A stretch of DNA of 64,000 nt from Pedosphaera sp. (GTDB taxonomy: Bacteria; Verrucomicrobiota; Verrucomicrobiia; Limisphaerales; SIBH01). Shown here one piece after another: positions 28,211-38,182 of this stretch. The stretch is taken from positions 1 through 64,000 of the forward strand of contig JANOQV010000012.1 of assembly GCA_031414955.1 (NCBI GenBank), given 5' to 3'. How positions within the stretch are numbered: the stretch's first letter is position 1; each line of letters begins with the position of its first letter. The notes under the pieces were generated by a model that was not told where the DNA came from, searched no databases, and was given only the letters and a program-made list of their open reading frames with translations. Made by a program: the position numbers and the translations under genes.

Positions 28211-29272
28211 ATGAACATTCCCGAACACCGCAAGGCCATCGACAAGCTCGACGCGCAGATCGTCAAGCTGCTCAACGAGCGCACGAAGCACGTCCTCGGT
28301 ATTGGTGAAGCCAAGCTCAAGGCCGGCGAGGAAATCTACGTGCCGCACCGCGAGCGCGCCGTGCTCGACCGCGTCTGCCGCAAGAACGAGGGACCCATCA
28401 CGAACGACTCGCTGCGCTCGATTTACCGCGAGGTGATGTCGAGCGCGCTCTCGCTGGAGAAGACGATGACCATCGCCTACTTCGGACCCGAGGCGACGTT
28501 CACGCATCAGGCCGCGCTGCGGAAATTCGGCTCCAGCCTCAATTACGCCGCGCAGAAAACCATCGGCGACGTCTTCGCCGAAGTCGCCCGCCAGCGCGCC
28601 GATTACGGCGTGGTGCCGGTGGAGAATTCCACCGAGGGCGTGGTCACGCACACCCTCGACATGTTTGCAGACAGCGACCTGAAGGTCGTGGCCCAGATCG
28701 TCATGCGCGTGCAGCAATGCCTGATGAGCAAGGGCGGCAAGCAGGACATCCAGAAGCTCTTCGTCCATCCGCAATCGTCGGCCCAGTGCCGTGCGTGGAT
28801 TCAAAACCATCTGCCACACGTCGAAATCATCGAAACCTCCTCAAACGCCCGTTCGGCCGAGATGGCCGCGAAGACACGCCATTCCGCCGCACTCGGCGGC
28901 GCGCTGGCTGCGCAGCGTTACGGACTCGATGTGCTCGAAGCGGACATTCAGGACAACGCGACCAACACGACCCGCTTCCTCGTGCTGGGCCGGCAGTGCA
29001 GCCCGGCCACGGGCCAGGATCGCACCAGCATCATGTTCAGCATCCCGCACCAGGTTGGCGCATTGCACACCTCGCTCGGCATCTTCCGTCGCTACCGGTT
29101 GAACATGACCAAAATCGAGTCGCGCCCGAGCAAGCGGAAGGCCTGGGAGTATTTCTTCTTCGTCGATTGCGACGGTCATTACGACGACACGCGCGTGGCC
29201 AAGGCCATCGGCGATCTCAAGAAGCACTGCACCTTCGTGAAGGTGCTCGGCTCCTACCCGAACTCGGAGTAG
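28211..29272 (+). CDS. pheA: Chorismate mutase / prephenate dehydratase
   Basis: CM domain IDKLD..IVKLLNER; VPVENSTEG, NTTRFLV, KIESRPS ACT domain. Confidence 0.95.
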   Translation: MNIPEHRKAIDKLDAQIVKLLNERTKHVLGIGEAKLKAGEEIYVPHRERAVLDRVCRKNEGPITNDSLRSIYREVMSSALSLEKTMTIAYFGPEATFTHQAALRKFGSSLNYAAQKTIGDVFAEVARQRADYGVVPVENSTEGVVTHTLDMFADSDLKVVAQIVMRVQQCLMSKGGKQDIQKLFVHPQSSAQCRAWIQNHLPHVEIIETSSNARSAEMAAKTRHSAALGGALAAQRYGLDVLEADIQDNATNTTRFLVLGRQCSPATGQDRTSIMFSIPHQVGALHTSLGIFRRYRLNMTKIESRPSKRKAWEYFFFVDCDGHYDDTRVAKAIGDLKKHCTFVKVLGSYPNSE

Positions 29273-29329
29273 CGCACTTCCGTACGCCAGCATTGAACCA
29301 CATGACTGCCACTGGCAACCTTCGGCCCG

Positions 29330-30301
29330 ATGAATCATCTCGCCCGCGCCCGGGAAGTTTTCGACATTGAGATCGCTGCGCTAAGAGCCGTGCGGACGCG
29401 GCTGGACGCGACGTTCGATCAAGCCGTCGCGCTCGTCGCCAACACCGTGGCCAAGCGCGGGAAACTTGTCGTCGTGGGCATCGGCAAGTCGGGCAATGTG
29501 GGTCAGAAAATCTCCGCCACGCTGACCAGTACCGGCTCCACCTGCGTCGTGCTGAACAGTGTGGATGCCTTGCACGGCGACCTCGGCATCGTCAACGACG
29601 GCGACGTGATTCTCGCGCTCAGCTACTCGGGTGAATCGGAGGAGTTGCTGAACCTGATGCCGGCGCTCAAACGGTTTTCGGTGAAGATCATTTCCTTCAC
29701 CGGTGCGCCCAAGTCTTCCCTGGCCCGCCACAGTGACGTGGTGTTAAACGTACGGGTGCCGAAGGAAGCCTGCCCCTTTAACCTCGCGCCTACCGCGAGC
29801 ACCACGGCCATGCTCGTCATGGGCGACGCACTGGCGATGGCGGTGCTCGAAGCGCGCGGCTTCAAGCAGAGCGACTTTGCCAAGTATCACCCGAGCGGGG
29901 CCATCGGCCGCGCCCTCCTGGTCCAGGTGAAGGACATCATGCGCAGCGGTACGCGCAACGCCGTGGCCCCGGAAAAAATGCCGGTGCGCGAAGCCTTGCT
30001 GGTGATGACCCAGGCCAAGTCCGGCAGCCTGAGCGTCGTGAACGCCCGCGGCAAACTGTCGGGTGTCTTCACCGATGGCGATTTCCGCCGCCGCATGGCG
30101 GGCGATGCGGACTTGCTCTCAAAACCGCTCGCCAGCGTGATGACCAAGAACCCGATCCGTGTGCGCGACGAGGCGCTCGCGGCCGAGGCACTGAAGATTT
30201 TCAACGAGCGAAACATCGACGACTTGATCGTAGTGAACGCGAAGCAGGAGCCGGTCGGCCTGGTGGACTCGCAGGATTTGCCCAAGCTGAAGTTGATGTG
30301 A
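29330..30301 (+). CDS. kdsD: Arabinose-5-phosphate isomerase (KpsF/GutQ family)
   Basis: GIGKSG, HGDLG, EACPFNLAPTAST, HPSGAIG, CBS pair FTDGD.RR. Confidence 0.92.
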   Translation: MNHLARAREVFDIEIAALRAVRTRLDATFDQAVALVANTVAKRGKLVVVGIGKSGNVGQKISATLTSTGSTCVVLNSVDALHGDLGIVNDGDVILALSYSGESEELLNLMPALKRFSVKIISFTGAPKSSLARHSDVVLNVRVPKEACPFNLAPTASTTAMLVMGDALAMAVLEARGFKQSDFAKYHPSGAIGRALLVQVKDIMRSGTRNAVAPEKMPVREALLVMTQAKSGSLSVVNARGKLSGVFTDGDFRRRMAGDADLLSKPLASVMTKNPIRVRDEALAAEALKIFNERNIDDLIVVNAKQEPVGLVDSQDLPKLKLM

Positions 30302-30497
30302 CTGGGGGTGGACGCCGCGCGGTGGTTTTGGAATATGAAGGGACTACTACCGGCGGATCAGCGTGAAGGGCCATGAGGTCGGCGTGCGTGTTGTTTACAT
30401 CCTTGAGCGGCCTGCGGCCTGCGAATGGCCGCCGAATCGCCAGGCGTGCGCAGTTCCGCGTCCCGAGAACTGCCGCGAGGCAGGAAGGACCACAAAC

Positions 30498-30597
30498 TGT
30501 GGGGATGCGATTGAAAGTGGCGGGCAAAACGGCGAGAAGACGGGACCAGCCGTTCCTGAGCGCCGTTTTGCTCGCCACTTTCAATCGTACCCCAACA
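30498..30597. repeat. Long intergenic hairpin (about 35-bp arms)
   Basis: GGGGATGCGATTGAAAGTGGCGGGCAAAACGGCG / CGCCGTTTTGCTCGCCACTTTCAATCGTACCCCA. Confidence 0.85.
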
Positions 30598-30840
30598 CTG
30601 GAACAGACTCATATTGGCTCTTGCCCTCCTTCCTTCTCAGAACTCGACCTAAAATCGGGTTCCAGGTTTGAGTAGCACTAGACCGCAGGCAATCAGCCGA
30701 AGGGCGGCCCGGCTGCTCGCGTGGTCGAGCCGGGCCGGAGCGCGCCGTCCAACTGCCCCTCCGCCGCACCTGTCCTGCCCGTCAAAAAAACTCCTGGCGA
30801 CCACATTGACGTCGCCATCCTGAGTGCTACGTTCCGCCAC

Positions 30841-31173
30841 ATGAGTGCGAGTAAAACCAAGACAGACCTGCTGCAACCCATCAGCATCCAATCAGCGTCC
30901 ACCGTTCTGAATCTCTGCCCGACCGCCTTTCGCATCCGCAAGAGCGGCATCGAGTTCCGGTCCGACAAGGAAGTCGCAATGTGGACCGAAATGACCGTCG
31001 AACTGCAACTGCCCGGCACCAAGTCCTTCAGTTGCTGCGGGGTGGTGGTGGCTTGCTCCGGCAACCGCCACGCCGGCTACCACGTCTCCCTGGTCTTCAC
31101 CAGTGTGACCAAGCAGGCCCAGGAACGGCTCAACGATTTTTCTTCTATCGCCGCCATCTCACTGCGCGTGTAA
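30841..31173 (+). CDS. PilZ-like domain protein
   Basis: IRKSGIEF, VELQLPG, GVVVAC, YHVSLVF beta-barrel pattern; 9 nt upstream of pilT. Confidence 0.55.
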   Translation: MSASKTKTDLLQPISIQSASTVLNLCPTAFRIRKSGIEFRSDKEVAMWTEMTVELQLPGTKSFSCCGVVVACSGNRHAGYHVSLVFTSVTKQAQERLNDFSSIAAISLRV

Positions 31174-31182
31174 GTTCCGCGC

Positions 31183-32271
31183 ATGGAAGTTTTCAACCGG
31201 ATACTCAGGGCGGCCGTGGACGCGCACGCCTCTGATTTGCACATAAAAGTGGGCGGCCCGATCGTTCTGCGCATCAGTCGCCAGCTCATCGCTATCGAGG
31301 CTCCCATTCCCACCGTCGAGTGGATGGATAATGTGATCACCCATCTCATTCCCCACCACATGAAGGCGCATTTTGATGAAAAGCGTGAGGCGGACTTTTC
31401 CTATCTCGTCCACGGCATCGGGCGGTTCCGGACCAACGTCTTCCAGCAACGAGGCGAAATGGCCGTCGCCATGCGCTACGTCAAGGCCCAGGTGCCCGAC
31501 TTCGAGCATCTGGGTTTGCCTCCCATCATGCGGCAGTTGGCCGAGTCGCCCCGCGGCATCGTGCTGCTGGCCGGCACCACTGGCTCGGGCAAATCCACCT
31601 CGCTCGCCGCGATGATCGAGCACATCAATTGTAACTTCCGCAAACACATCGTCACCCTGGAAGACCCCATCGAGTACGTGTTCGAGGACAATCAATCCAT
31701 CATCGAGCAACGCGAAGTCGGCCTCGATACTGAGACCTTTTACTCGGGCCTGCGCGCCGCCCTGCGCCAGGATCCGGACGTGGTGATGATTGGCGAAATG
31801 CGCGACTCCATCACGTTCGCGTCCGCCATGAATTCCGCCGACACAGGTCAAACAGTGCTCTCCACCGTTCACACCACCAACGCTTCGCAATCCATCGTCC
31901 GCATCCTTGACTATTTCCGGGCGGATGAACGCGAGCAGGTGCGCCGCCAGTTGTCCGTCACCCTCAAGGCCGTCGTCTGCCAGCGCATGGTTCCCTCGCT
32001 CGATGGCAAAATGGTTCCCGCCTGCGAGATCATGCTCAACACGCCCCTCGTGCGGAAACTTATCGAGGAGAATCGCCTCGACAAACTTTCCGTAGCGGTC
32101 GAGACCGGGGTCGATGACGGCATGCAGGATTTTAACAAAGCCGTCTTCGATCTCTACAACGCGGGCAAGATCTCCAAGGAAGAAGCCATGCTCAAGGCCA
32201 GCAACCCCGCCGCGCTGGAGATGAACCTCAAGGGCATCTTCCTCACCCAGGGCAGCCGGATTCTCGGGTAG
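31183..32271 (+). CDS. pilT: PilT/PilU family type IV pilus retraction ATPase
   Basis: ASDLHIKVG, GTTGSGKST, TLEDPIEY, LRQDPDVVMIGEMRD, STVHT. Confidence 0.9.
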   Translation: MEVFNRILRAAVDAHASDLHIKVGGPIVLRISRQLIAIEAPIPTVEWMDNVITHLIPHHMKAHFDEKREADFSYLVHGIGRFRTNVFQQRGEMAVAMRYVKAQVPDFEHLGLPPIMRQLAESPRGIVLLAGTTGSGKSTSLAAMIEHINCNFRKHIVTLEDPIEYVFEDNQSIIEQREVGLDTETFYSGLRAALRQDPDVVMIGEMRDSITFASAMNSADTGQTVLSTVHTTNASQSIVRILDYFRADEREQVRRQLSVTLKAVVCQRMVPSLDGKMVPACEIMLNTPLVRKLIEENRLDKLSVAVETGVDDGMQDFNKAVFDLYNAGKISKEEAMLKASNPAALEMNLKGIFLTQGSRILG

Positions 32272-32489
32272 GTCCGGAGCGCTTGGCCAAACCCTGGCGA
32301 GTCAGGCCCGATCAAACTGAACGCGCTTCGTTTTCACCATTCCCGCTTTCAGGCTGGCTCTCGTTGGGCGGACTTTGGGGGATGCGGTCGGTGGCGCTCG
32401 CCTTTCGCTACGGGTGCTTCCGTAGCGCCGCCGGAGAGAATGCAGTTGCACGAACCGACCTGACGGCTTTCATTGGCCGCAACCTGACT

Positions 32490-34352
32490 ATGATTCAAAC
32501 AAACACGCCGCTGAAAGTCTTCCTCGCCACCACCGCTCTTTTTCTTGCCACCCAGGGCGCGCGCGCAGCCGCCCTGCCGCCGGGATTTGTGGAGATCACT
32601 CTGGCCAGCGGTTTCACGAATGCCAGCGCCCTGGTCGTGGCCCCCGATGGCCGCGTTTTCGTAGGACAGCAAAACGGCGTCATCAGGGTGGTGAAGAATG
32701 GCGTCTTGCTGCCGACACCTTTCGTGCGCGTGCCGGCGGACTCGAACACCGATCGCGGCCTGATTGGTTTGACCATTGATCCTGGGTTCTTGAGCAACGA
32801 CCTGGTGTATGTGAGCTACACCGCCACGAACACGGCGGTCGCCGGAACTTTTCTCCAGCGCATCAGCCGGCTCACAGCCAGCGGCGATGTGGCCCTGCCC
32901 GGCAGCGAAACGATCTTGTTCGAGACCGATGCCTTCGCCGGGTCAGTGGTCCGCGAGGTAGGCGGTGGTTTGCGCTTCGGCCCGGACGGCTTGCTCTACG
33001 CCGGCATGGGACGGAGCGGCCCGGATTCAAACTCTCAAACCCTGAACAGCCAGTTCGGGAAAATTCTACGCCTGAACAGTGATGGCAGCATTCCGCCCTC
33101 GAATCCGTTCTTTGCCACGGCGGTGGGGAAGAATCGCGCCATCTGGGCGGTGGGCTTGCGTAATCCCTTCGCCCTCTCCTTCCAACCCGGCACGGGCCGG
33201 ATGTTCATCAACGATGTGGGCCAATTAACGCGGGAAGAAATCAACGAGGGGGTGATGGGCACGAATTACGGCTGGCCAGTGTGTGAAGGGCCTTGCGTCA
33301 GCGTGACCAACCTGAATCCCGTTTTCAGCTACTCGTCCGCCGCGCCGGCCGTGGAATGTGCCATCACGGGCGGCACATTCTACAATCCGGCCGCAGCGCT
33401 TTTCCCACCGCAGTTCGTAGGAAACTATTTTTACTCCGACTACTGTTCCTCCAAGATTTACGCCCTCCAGCCCGCCACGACGAATTCCACCGTCTTCGCC
33501 AGCAACATCGTCGGCTTTGTGGTGGCATTGGATGTGGGGCCGGAAGGATCGCTCTATTGTCTGGGCCACAGCGCCTCGCCGACGGGGGGCGGTGTCCTGA
33601 GCAAGTTCGTTCCGGGCGTCGAGACGCTGCTGCCCTTCGGCTCGACCTGGAAGTATCTCGACACCGGCATCTCCAACATCCCTGCCAACTGGGTGCAATC
33701 TGCCTTCGACGACAGCACCTGGTCCAACGGACTAGCGCAGTTGGGCTGGGGCATCAACGGCGAAGTCACCCTCGTGCGCAGCAACCGCACCGACCTCACC
33801 CGCATCACTACCACTTACTTTCGCAAGTCCTTCGTGCTGACCAATACCGCGCCTTACAGCAATTACGTGGTGAGTTTGGTCCGTGATGACGGCGGCGTGG
33901 TTTATCTGAACGGAACGGAAGTGTTTCGCAGCAACATGTCCACCGGGTTGATGACTTCGACCAATCTGGCCCTCGTCGGCATCGCCAATAACGACGAGCG
34001 GGCGACGCATGGCGCGGTGCTCAATCCCTCGTTGCTTCTACATGGCACCAACCAATTCGCCGTGGAGATTCACCAGCAGTCAATCGTTGGAACCTCCATC
34101 GACATGAGCTTCGATCTCTCGCTGCTCGGAGTGAATGGCGGGGCCACGCTCCGCGCGCTCAGTTCCGGAGGCGGCATCACCCTGGCCTATCCGCTCTGGG
34201 CCTCGCGCTTCGCCGTCGAGTCCACAACCAACCTGACCACCGCGAGTTGGCTCCCGGTGCCGACGAACGGCGCGACCGCGGTCGGGAATGAACTGCAACT
34301 GCCTCTGAACACGACCCAGCCTCTGGAAGTTTTCCGCCTGCGCAGCCCGTGA
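32490..34352 (+). CDS. Secreted glucose/sorbosone dehydrogenase-like propeller with C-terminal beta-sandwich domain
   Basis: Signal peptide; APDGRVFV, GKILRLN.DG, GLRNPF, NYGWP; WKYLD..TTYFRKSF, DDGGVVYLNG domain. Confidence 0.85.
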   Translation: MIQTNTPLKVFLATTALFLATQGARAAALPPGFVEITLASGFTNASALVVAPDGRVFVGQQNGVIRVVKNGVLLPTPFVRVPADSNTDRGLIGLTIDPGFLSNDLVYVSYTATNTAVAGTFLQRISRLTASGDVALPGSETILFETDAFAGSVVREVGGGLRFGPDGLLYAGMGRSGPDSNSQTLNSQFGKILRLNSDGSIPPSNPFFATAVGKNRAIWAVGLRNPFALSFQPGTGRMFINDVGQLTREEINEGVMGTNYGWPVCEGPCVSVTNLNPVFSYSSAAPAVECAITGGTFYNPAAALFPPQFVGNYFYSDYCSSKIYALQPATTNSTVFASNIVGFVVALDVGPEGSLYCLGHSASPTGGGVLSKFVPGVETLLPFGSTWKYLDTGISNIPANWVQSAFDDSTWSNGLAQLGWGINGEVTLVRSNRTDLTRITTTYFRKSFVLTNTAPYSNYVVSLVRDDGGVVYLNGTEVFRSNMSTGLMTSTNLALVGIANNDERATHGAVLNPSLLLHGTNQFAVEIHQQSIVGTSIDMSFDLSLLGVNGGATLRALSSGGGITLAYPLWASRFAVESTTNLTTASWLPVPTNGATAVGNELQLPLNTTQPLEVFRLRSP

Positions 34353-34618
34353 GGACTGGAGTGCGGAGCCAGCCTCGCCCTGCCCGCGACTTTCGGCGGG
34401 TCGCCCCTCTGCGTTCGAAGCGGAGGAATCCTGCTTGTGCAAGGGAGCCTTCTCCATAGGATTCATTCCGTTGTCTGGGGGGCATCCGCGCGGAGGCTGG
34501 GAAACCGCTGGCTCGTCGGGCCGCGGGCCGGTGACCTGATCGTATGGCAGAACACCGGGCCATGGCTGGTTTCCGCGCCGCCCCACCCGACCTCGTTTGA
34601 TTCAACACAGTACTTAAA

Positions 34619-35584
34619 ATGAAAAAATATCTTTGGCCGGTGCTTGTCCCCATGTTCTTCACCCTGCTGTCGCTGGTCTCAGCCCAAGCCGCGACTCTCT
34701 TCCCCGTGCTGGTCGGCGACCGTTGGGGCTTCATCGACAAGTCCGGGACCGTGGTCATCAACCCGCAGTTCGAGCGCGCGGGCAACTTCGCCTCGGGCCT
34801 GGCGGAAGTGCGCCTGGGCAAGTGGGGCTACGTCGCTCCGTCGGGCAAGTTGGTCATCAACCCGCAGTTTGACCAGGCGGCCGGCTTCCAGGGTGGGCTG
34901 GCGGTAGTTGAGTTTGGCGACCGATTTGGCTTCATCAATGCCGAGGGCAAGTACGCCATCAACCCTCAGTTCGATGCCGCCGGCCCGTTCTCGGAAAATC
35001 GAGCCGCAGTCAAACTCAAGCGCCTGCATGGCTACATCGACAAGACCGGTGGCATCGTGATCAACCCGCAGTTCCAAAGCGCGGAACCGTTCTCCGAGGG
35101 GCTGGCAGCCGTGGAATTAGGCGGTCGTTTTGGCTTCATCGATCCGGAGGGCAACATCGTCATCAATCCGCAGTTTGACAAAGCCAGTTCGTTTGCCTAC
35201 GGACTGGCCGCCTTCAAACTGAATCGGCGCTGGGGCTTCGTCAGCAAGGCCGGCAAGATCGTGATCAACCCGCAGTTCGACGAAGTTGGGCCGTTCGTGA
35301 AGGAAGTGGCGCCCGCGCGCCTGGGCAAGTGGGGTTACGTCGACGCGACGGGCAAGTTCACCATCAACCCGCAGTTTGACGAGGCGGGCGAATTCTCGGA
35401 AGGCCTGGCGCGGGTTCGGTTGGCCGGTCGCTGGGGCTTCATTGATCGCAGTGGCAAGTTCGCCATCAACCCCCAATTCGACGAGGCGATGTCCTTTACC
35501 GACGGGCTGGCCCGGGTAAAGATCGGCCGCAAGATTGGCTACGTCGATCCCACCGGGAAGTACGTCTGGAATCCGGTGAACTGA
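34619..35584 (+). CDS. WG-repeat (KWG-type) secreted protein
   Basis: Eight 33-34 aa repeats WG(F/Y)ID..G...INPQFD....F.EGLA. Confidence 0.9.
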   Translation: MKKYLWPVLVPMFFTLLSLVSAQAATLFPVLVGDRWGFIDKSGTVVINPQFERAGNFASGLAEVRLGKWGYVAPSGKLVINPQFDQAAGFQGGLAVVEFGDRFGFINAEGKYAINPQFDAAGPFSENRAAVKLKRLHGYIDKTGGIVINPQFQSAEPFSEGLAAVELGGRFGFIDPEGNIVINPQFDKASSFAYGLAAFKLNRRWGFVSKAGKIVINPQFDEVGPFVKEVAPARLGKWGYVDATGKFTINPQFDEAGEFSEGLARVRLAGRWGFIDRSGKFAINPQFDEAMSFTDGLARVKIGRKIGYVDPTGKYVWNPVN

Positions 35585-35603
35585 GCGCCGAGGCCGTCCC
35601 GCC

Positions 35604-36224
35604 TCAGAACCGCACCATCAACCCGGCGGTGAAGCCCGCATAGGTCACGTCCTTTGTGGCCTGGGTCGGTCCTTGGACTTCGATGGACGAGCCATCGTAG
35701 CCAACCTCGATGGCCATGCCGATCTTCTTGCTCCGCCAAAAGTCGACCCCGACGGCGACCACCGGCCCTACTTGCGAAGACTCCACGTTGCGACCGCCGA
35801 CGATGGGGTACCGAAAGCCGACGCGCAGGTAGGGTGAGACATCCTTGTCCCGCAAAAAGGTGTAACGGAGATCGGCTCCGATGGGGACGACATAAGAGAC
35901 ATCGTAGCTGTCCGACGATCCGTCGGAATAGATGGTGCGGTTGTTCAGGACAATGACGGTGGCGGGGCCGACATTCAGGCCGACGGCCAGACCGTTGTCG
36001 AATTCATAGTAGGGGTTCAGGGAAAGCCCGATAGGCACCACGACATTCTCTTCAAAACGATAACCCGCCGCCGTGTAGAGATCGTCCAGCGCGGACACGG
36101 CATCATTGATGCCAGAGGCATAGGTAATCCCCACCGGGAAGTAGAAGTGGCCCGCTTGCGCCGCCCCAGGCAGCGCGAGACCGGTGACGAGGGCAAGGAG
36201 GCATTTGAGCTGGCGTGTGTTCAT
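35604..36224 (-). CDS. Small outer-membrane beta-barrel protein
   Basis: Signal peptide, alternating beta strands, SPYLRVG, terminal Phe (GLMVRF). Confidence 0.7.
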   Translation of the reverse strand: MNTRQLKCLLALVTGLALPGAAQAGHFYFPVGITYASGINDAVSALDDLYTAAGYRFEENVVVPIGLSLNPYYEFDNGLAVGLNVGPATVIVLNNRTIYSDGSSDSYDVSYVVPIGADLRYTFLRDKDVSPYLRVGFRYPIVGGRNVESSQVGPVVAVGVDFWRSKKIGMAIEVGYDGSSIEVQGPTQATKDVTYAGFTAGLMVRF

Positions 36225-36529
36225 GGTGTTTCCTGTGTTTTGCCCTGGGCAACAGGGCGGTGTGCGTTTGGTCTTTTTTGGGCTTCCTCAAGGCTTTCTG
36301 TGCCCATTGCTGGATGTTGCGTAGAGCACGCGCCTGAGGAGTCGCTCGTTGCTATCCTCCGCTCCGAAGGTTGTCAAACGTCATCTTGTGGATAAATTTC
36401 GGCTCGGCGCAGTTTGCACGGCCGCTGCCGTGGGGCGGGATCAAGATCGGCGCGACGAAGTTGCTCGCCCATTTTTACTCCTTCTCGGTTGCGGCAGTAG
36501 CGCCAAGCCATGATACAACTTCGGTTGTC

Positions 36530-38161
36530 ATGCAAAGCACCAGGGTCCATTCATCTCGGAGACGCGGCCTCGGATGTTTCACCGGCCTGCTGCTGGCCCT
36601 GACGATCCAGGGAGCGGGGACGAAGAAAGAGCCGGGTGAAAAGTTCTTCACCGAGCTGATCCCGCGCACGTTTCACTTCGAGATTCCAGAAGCCACGATG
36701 GCCCAGCTTCGCCGTTCGCCGCGCACTTATGTTTCAACCACCGTCCGCGAAGGCGACCGTGTGCTGACCAATGTTGCCGTCCGCGTCAAGGGCATGGGCA
36801 GCTTCCGCACCATCGATGAAAAGCCAAGCCTGGTGGTGAAGTTCGATGAGTTCGCCACCAACCAGCACTACCGCGGCCTACGCAAGCTCATGTTCAACAA
36901 CTCAGTCCAGGACTCGACCTACCTGGCCGAGTTGCTGGCCACGCAGATGTTCCGCGACGCCGGCGTGCCGGCGGCGCGCGGCACTCATGCGAGAGTGACC
37001 TTGAACGGTCGCGACCTCGGCCTCTTCGTGGTCTTCGAGGCCATGAACAAGCAGTTCCTCAAGCAGCATTTCCCGAGCGGCAACGGCAACCTGTATGAGA
37101 CTTACGTCCGCGACATCGACGTGACGATGGAACAGGACGGCGGAAGCGACACCTCGCAGTCGGACGTGGCCGCCCTGCTCGCCGCCTGCCGCATCTCCGA
37201 ACTGGCGGCGCGCTGGCGGGAATTGCAGAAGGTGCTCGATGTGGATCGATTCATCTCGTTCGCGGCGATGGAGGTTCTCACCAGCCATTGGGATGGCTAC
37301 GTGATGCACACCAACAACTTCCGGCTCTACCACGATCCAGTGACCGACAAGTTCGCCTTCATCACGCACGGCATCGACTGGGCCTTTCGCCGACCGAACA
37401 TCTCCATCCATCCACCGCCGAAAAGTCTGGTGGGCCGGGCCGTGCTGGAAACGCCGGAAGGTCAACGGCTCTTCCGCGAACGCCTCGGCACGCTCTTCAC
37501 CAATTACTTTCGTGGGCCGGTGATCACCAACCGCCTCGAACAGGCGCTGGCGAAAATCCGCCGGGCCAACTTAAACGCCAGCGACCTGGAGAAGATCGAA
37601 CGTCGCGCCATCTGGTTGCGGCAACAGATTGAAGCCCGCGCCGCCAAGGTCAGCGAGCAACTGCGCGGAATCCCGTTGGCGCCGATGAAGTTCGGGCCGG
37701 ACGGCACCGTGAGCCTGAGCGAAACCAATCGCTGGCGCGACGAGCCGGATCGCGGTGACGCGCGGATGGACCGCGGGAAGGTGGACGGGCACAACGCACT
37801 GCACATCGCGGCGCGCAACGAGCGCACGCGCGCCTCGTGGCGGGCGCAGGTTTATCTGGCGCGGGGCTGGTATCGCTTTGAAGGTTTGGCGCGCACGGAA
37901 ACTTTGAGCGGCGGCTCGGTGCGCCTGCGCATCTCAGGCGACACCCGCAGCGTCGGCATCGCGGATACGCGTGGCAGTTGGCGTCCGCTGACCCATGACT
38001 TCGAAGTGGTGGACACCGGCATGGACATCGAGTTCGTCTGCGAACTGACCGCGATGCAAGGCGAGGTGTGGTTCGACATCGATTCGCTCAAGGTTCGGAA
38101 GTTGAACGCTGACGAAGCGCGCCCGGCCAACAATCTCCGCCGGACTATTTTGGAACAGTGA
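36530..38161 (+). CDS. CotH kinase family protein with C-terminal beta-sandwich domain
   Basis: VRVKG.GSFR...KPSL.VKF, QD..YLAE, GNLYE, HWDGY...NNFRLY, HGID. Confidence 0.85.
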   Translation: MQSTRVHSSRRRGLGCFTGLLLALTIQGAGTKKEPGEKFFTELIPRTFHFEIPEATMAQLRRSPRTYVSTTVREGDRVLTNVAVRVKGMGSFRTIDEKPSLVVKFDEFATNQHYRGLRKLMFNNSVQDSTYLAELLATQMFRDAGVPAARGTHARVTLNGRDLGLFVVFEAMNKQFLKQHFPSGNGNLYETYVRDIDVTMEQDGGSDTSQSDVAALLAACRISELAARWRELQKVLDVDRFISFAAMEVLTSHWDGYVMHTNNFRLYHDPVTDKFAFITHGIDWAFRRPNISIHPPPKSLVGRAVLETPEGQRLFRERLGTLFTNYFRGPVITNRLEQALAKIRRANLNASDLEKIERRAIWLRQQIEARAAKVSEQLRGIPLAPMKFGPDGTVSLSETNRWRDEPDRGDARMDRGKVDGHNALHIAARNERTRASWRAQVYLARGWYRFEGLARTETLSGGSVRLRISGDTRSVGIADTRGSWRPLTHDFEVVDTGMDIEFVCELTAMQGEVWFDIDSLKVRKLNADEARPANNLRRTILEQ

Positions 38162-38182
38162 ACTGCACCGACGCTCCGTGCG

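Noticed and set aside
34750..35490. ATCAACCCGCAGTT repeats as a CRISPR array
   Set aside because: They encode INPQF of WG repeats, and the intervening sequences are homologous to each other
36225..36530. Riboswitch upstream of the beta-barrel or CotH genes
   Set aside because: Only a short hairpin; no recognisable c-di-GMP, c-di-AMP or cobalamin consensus
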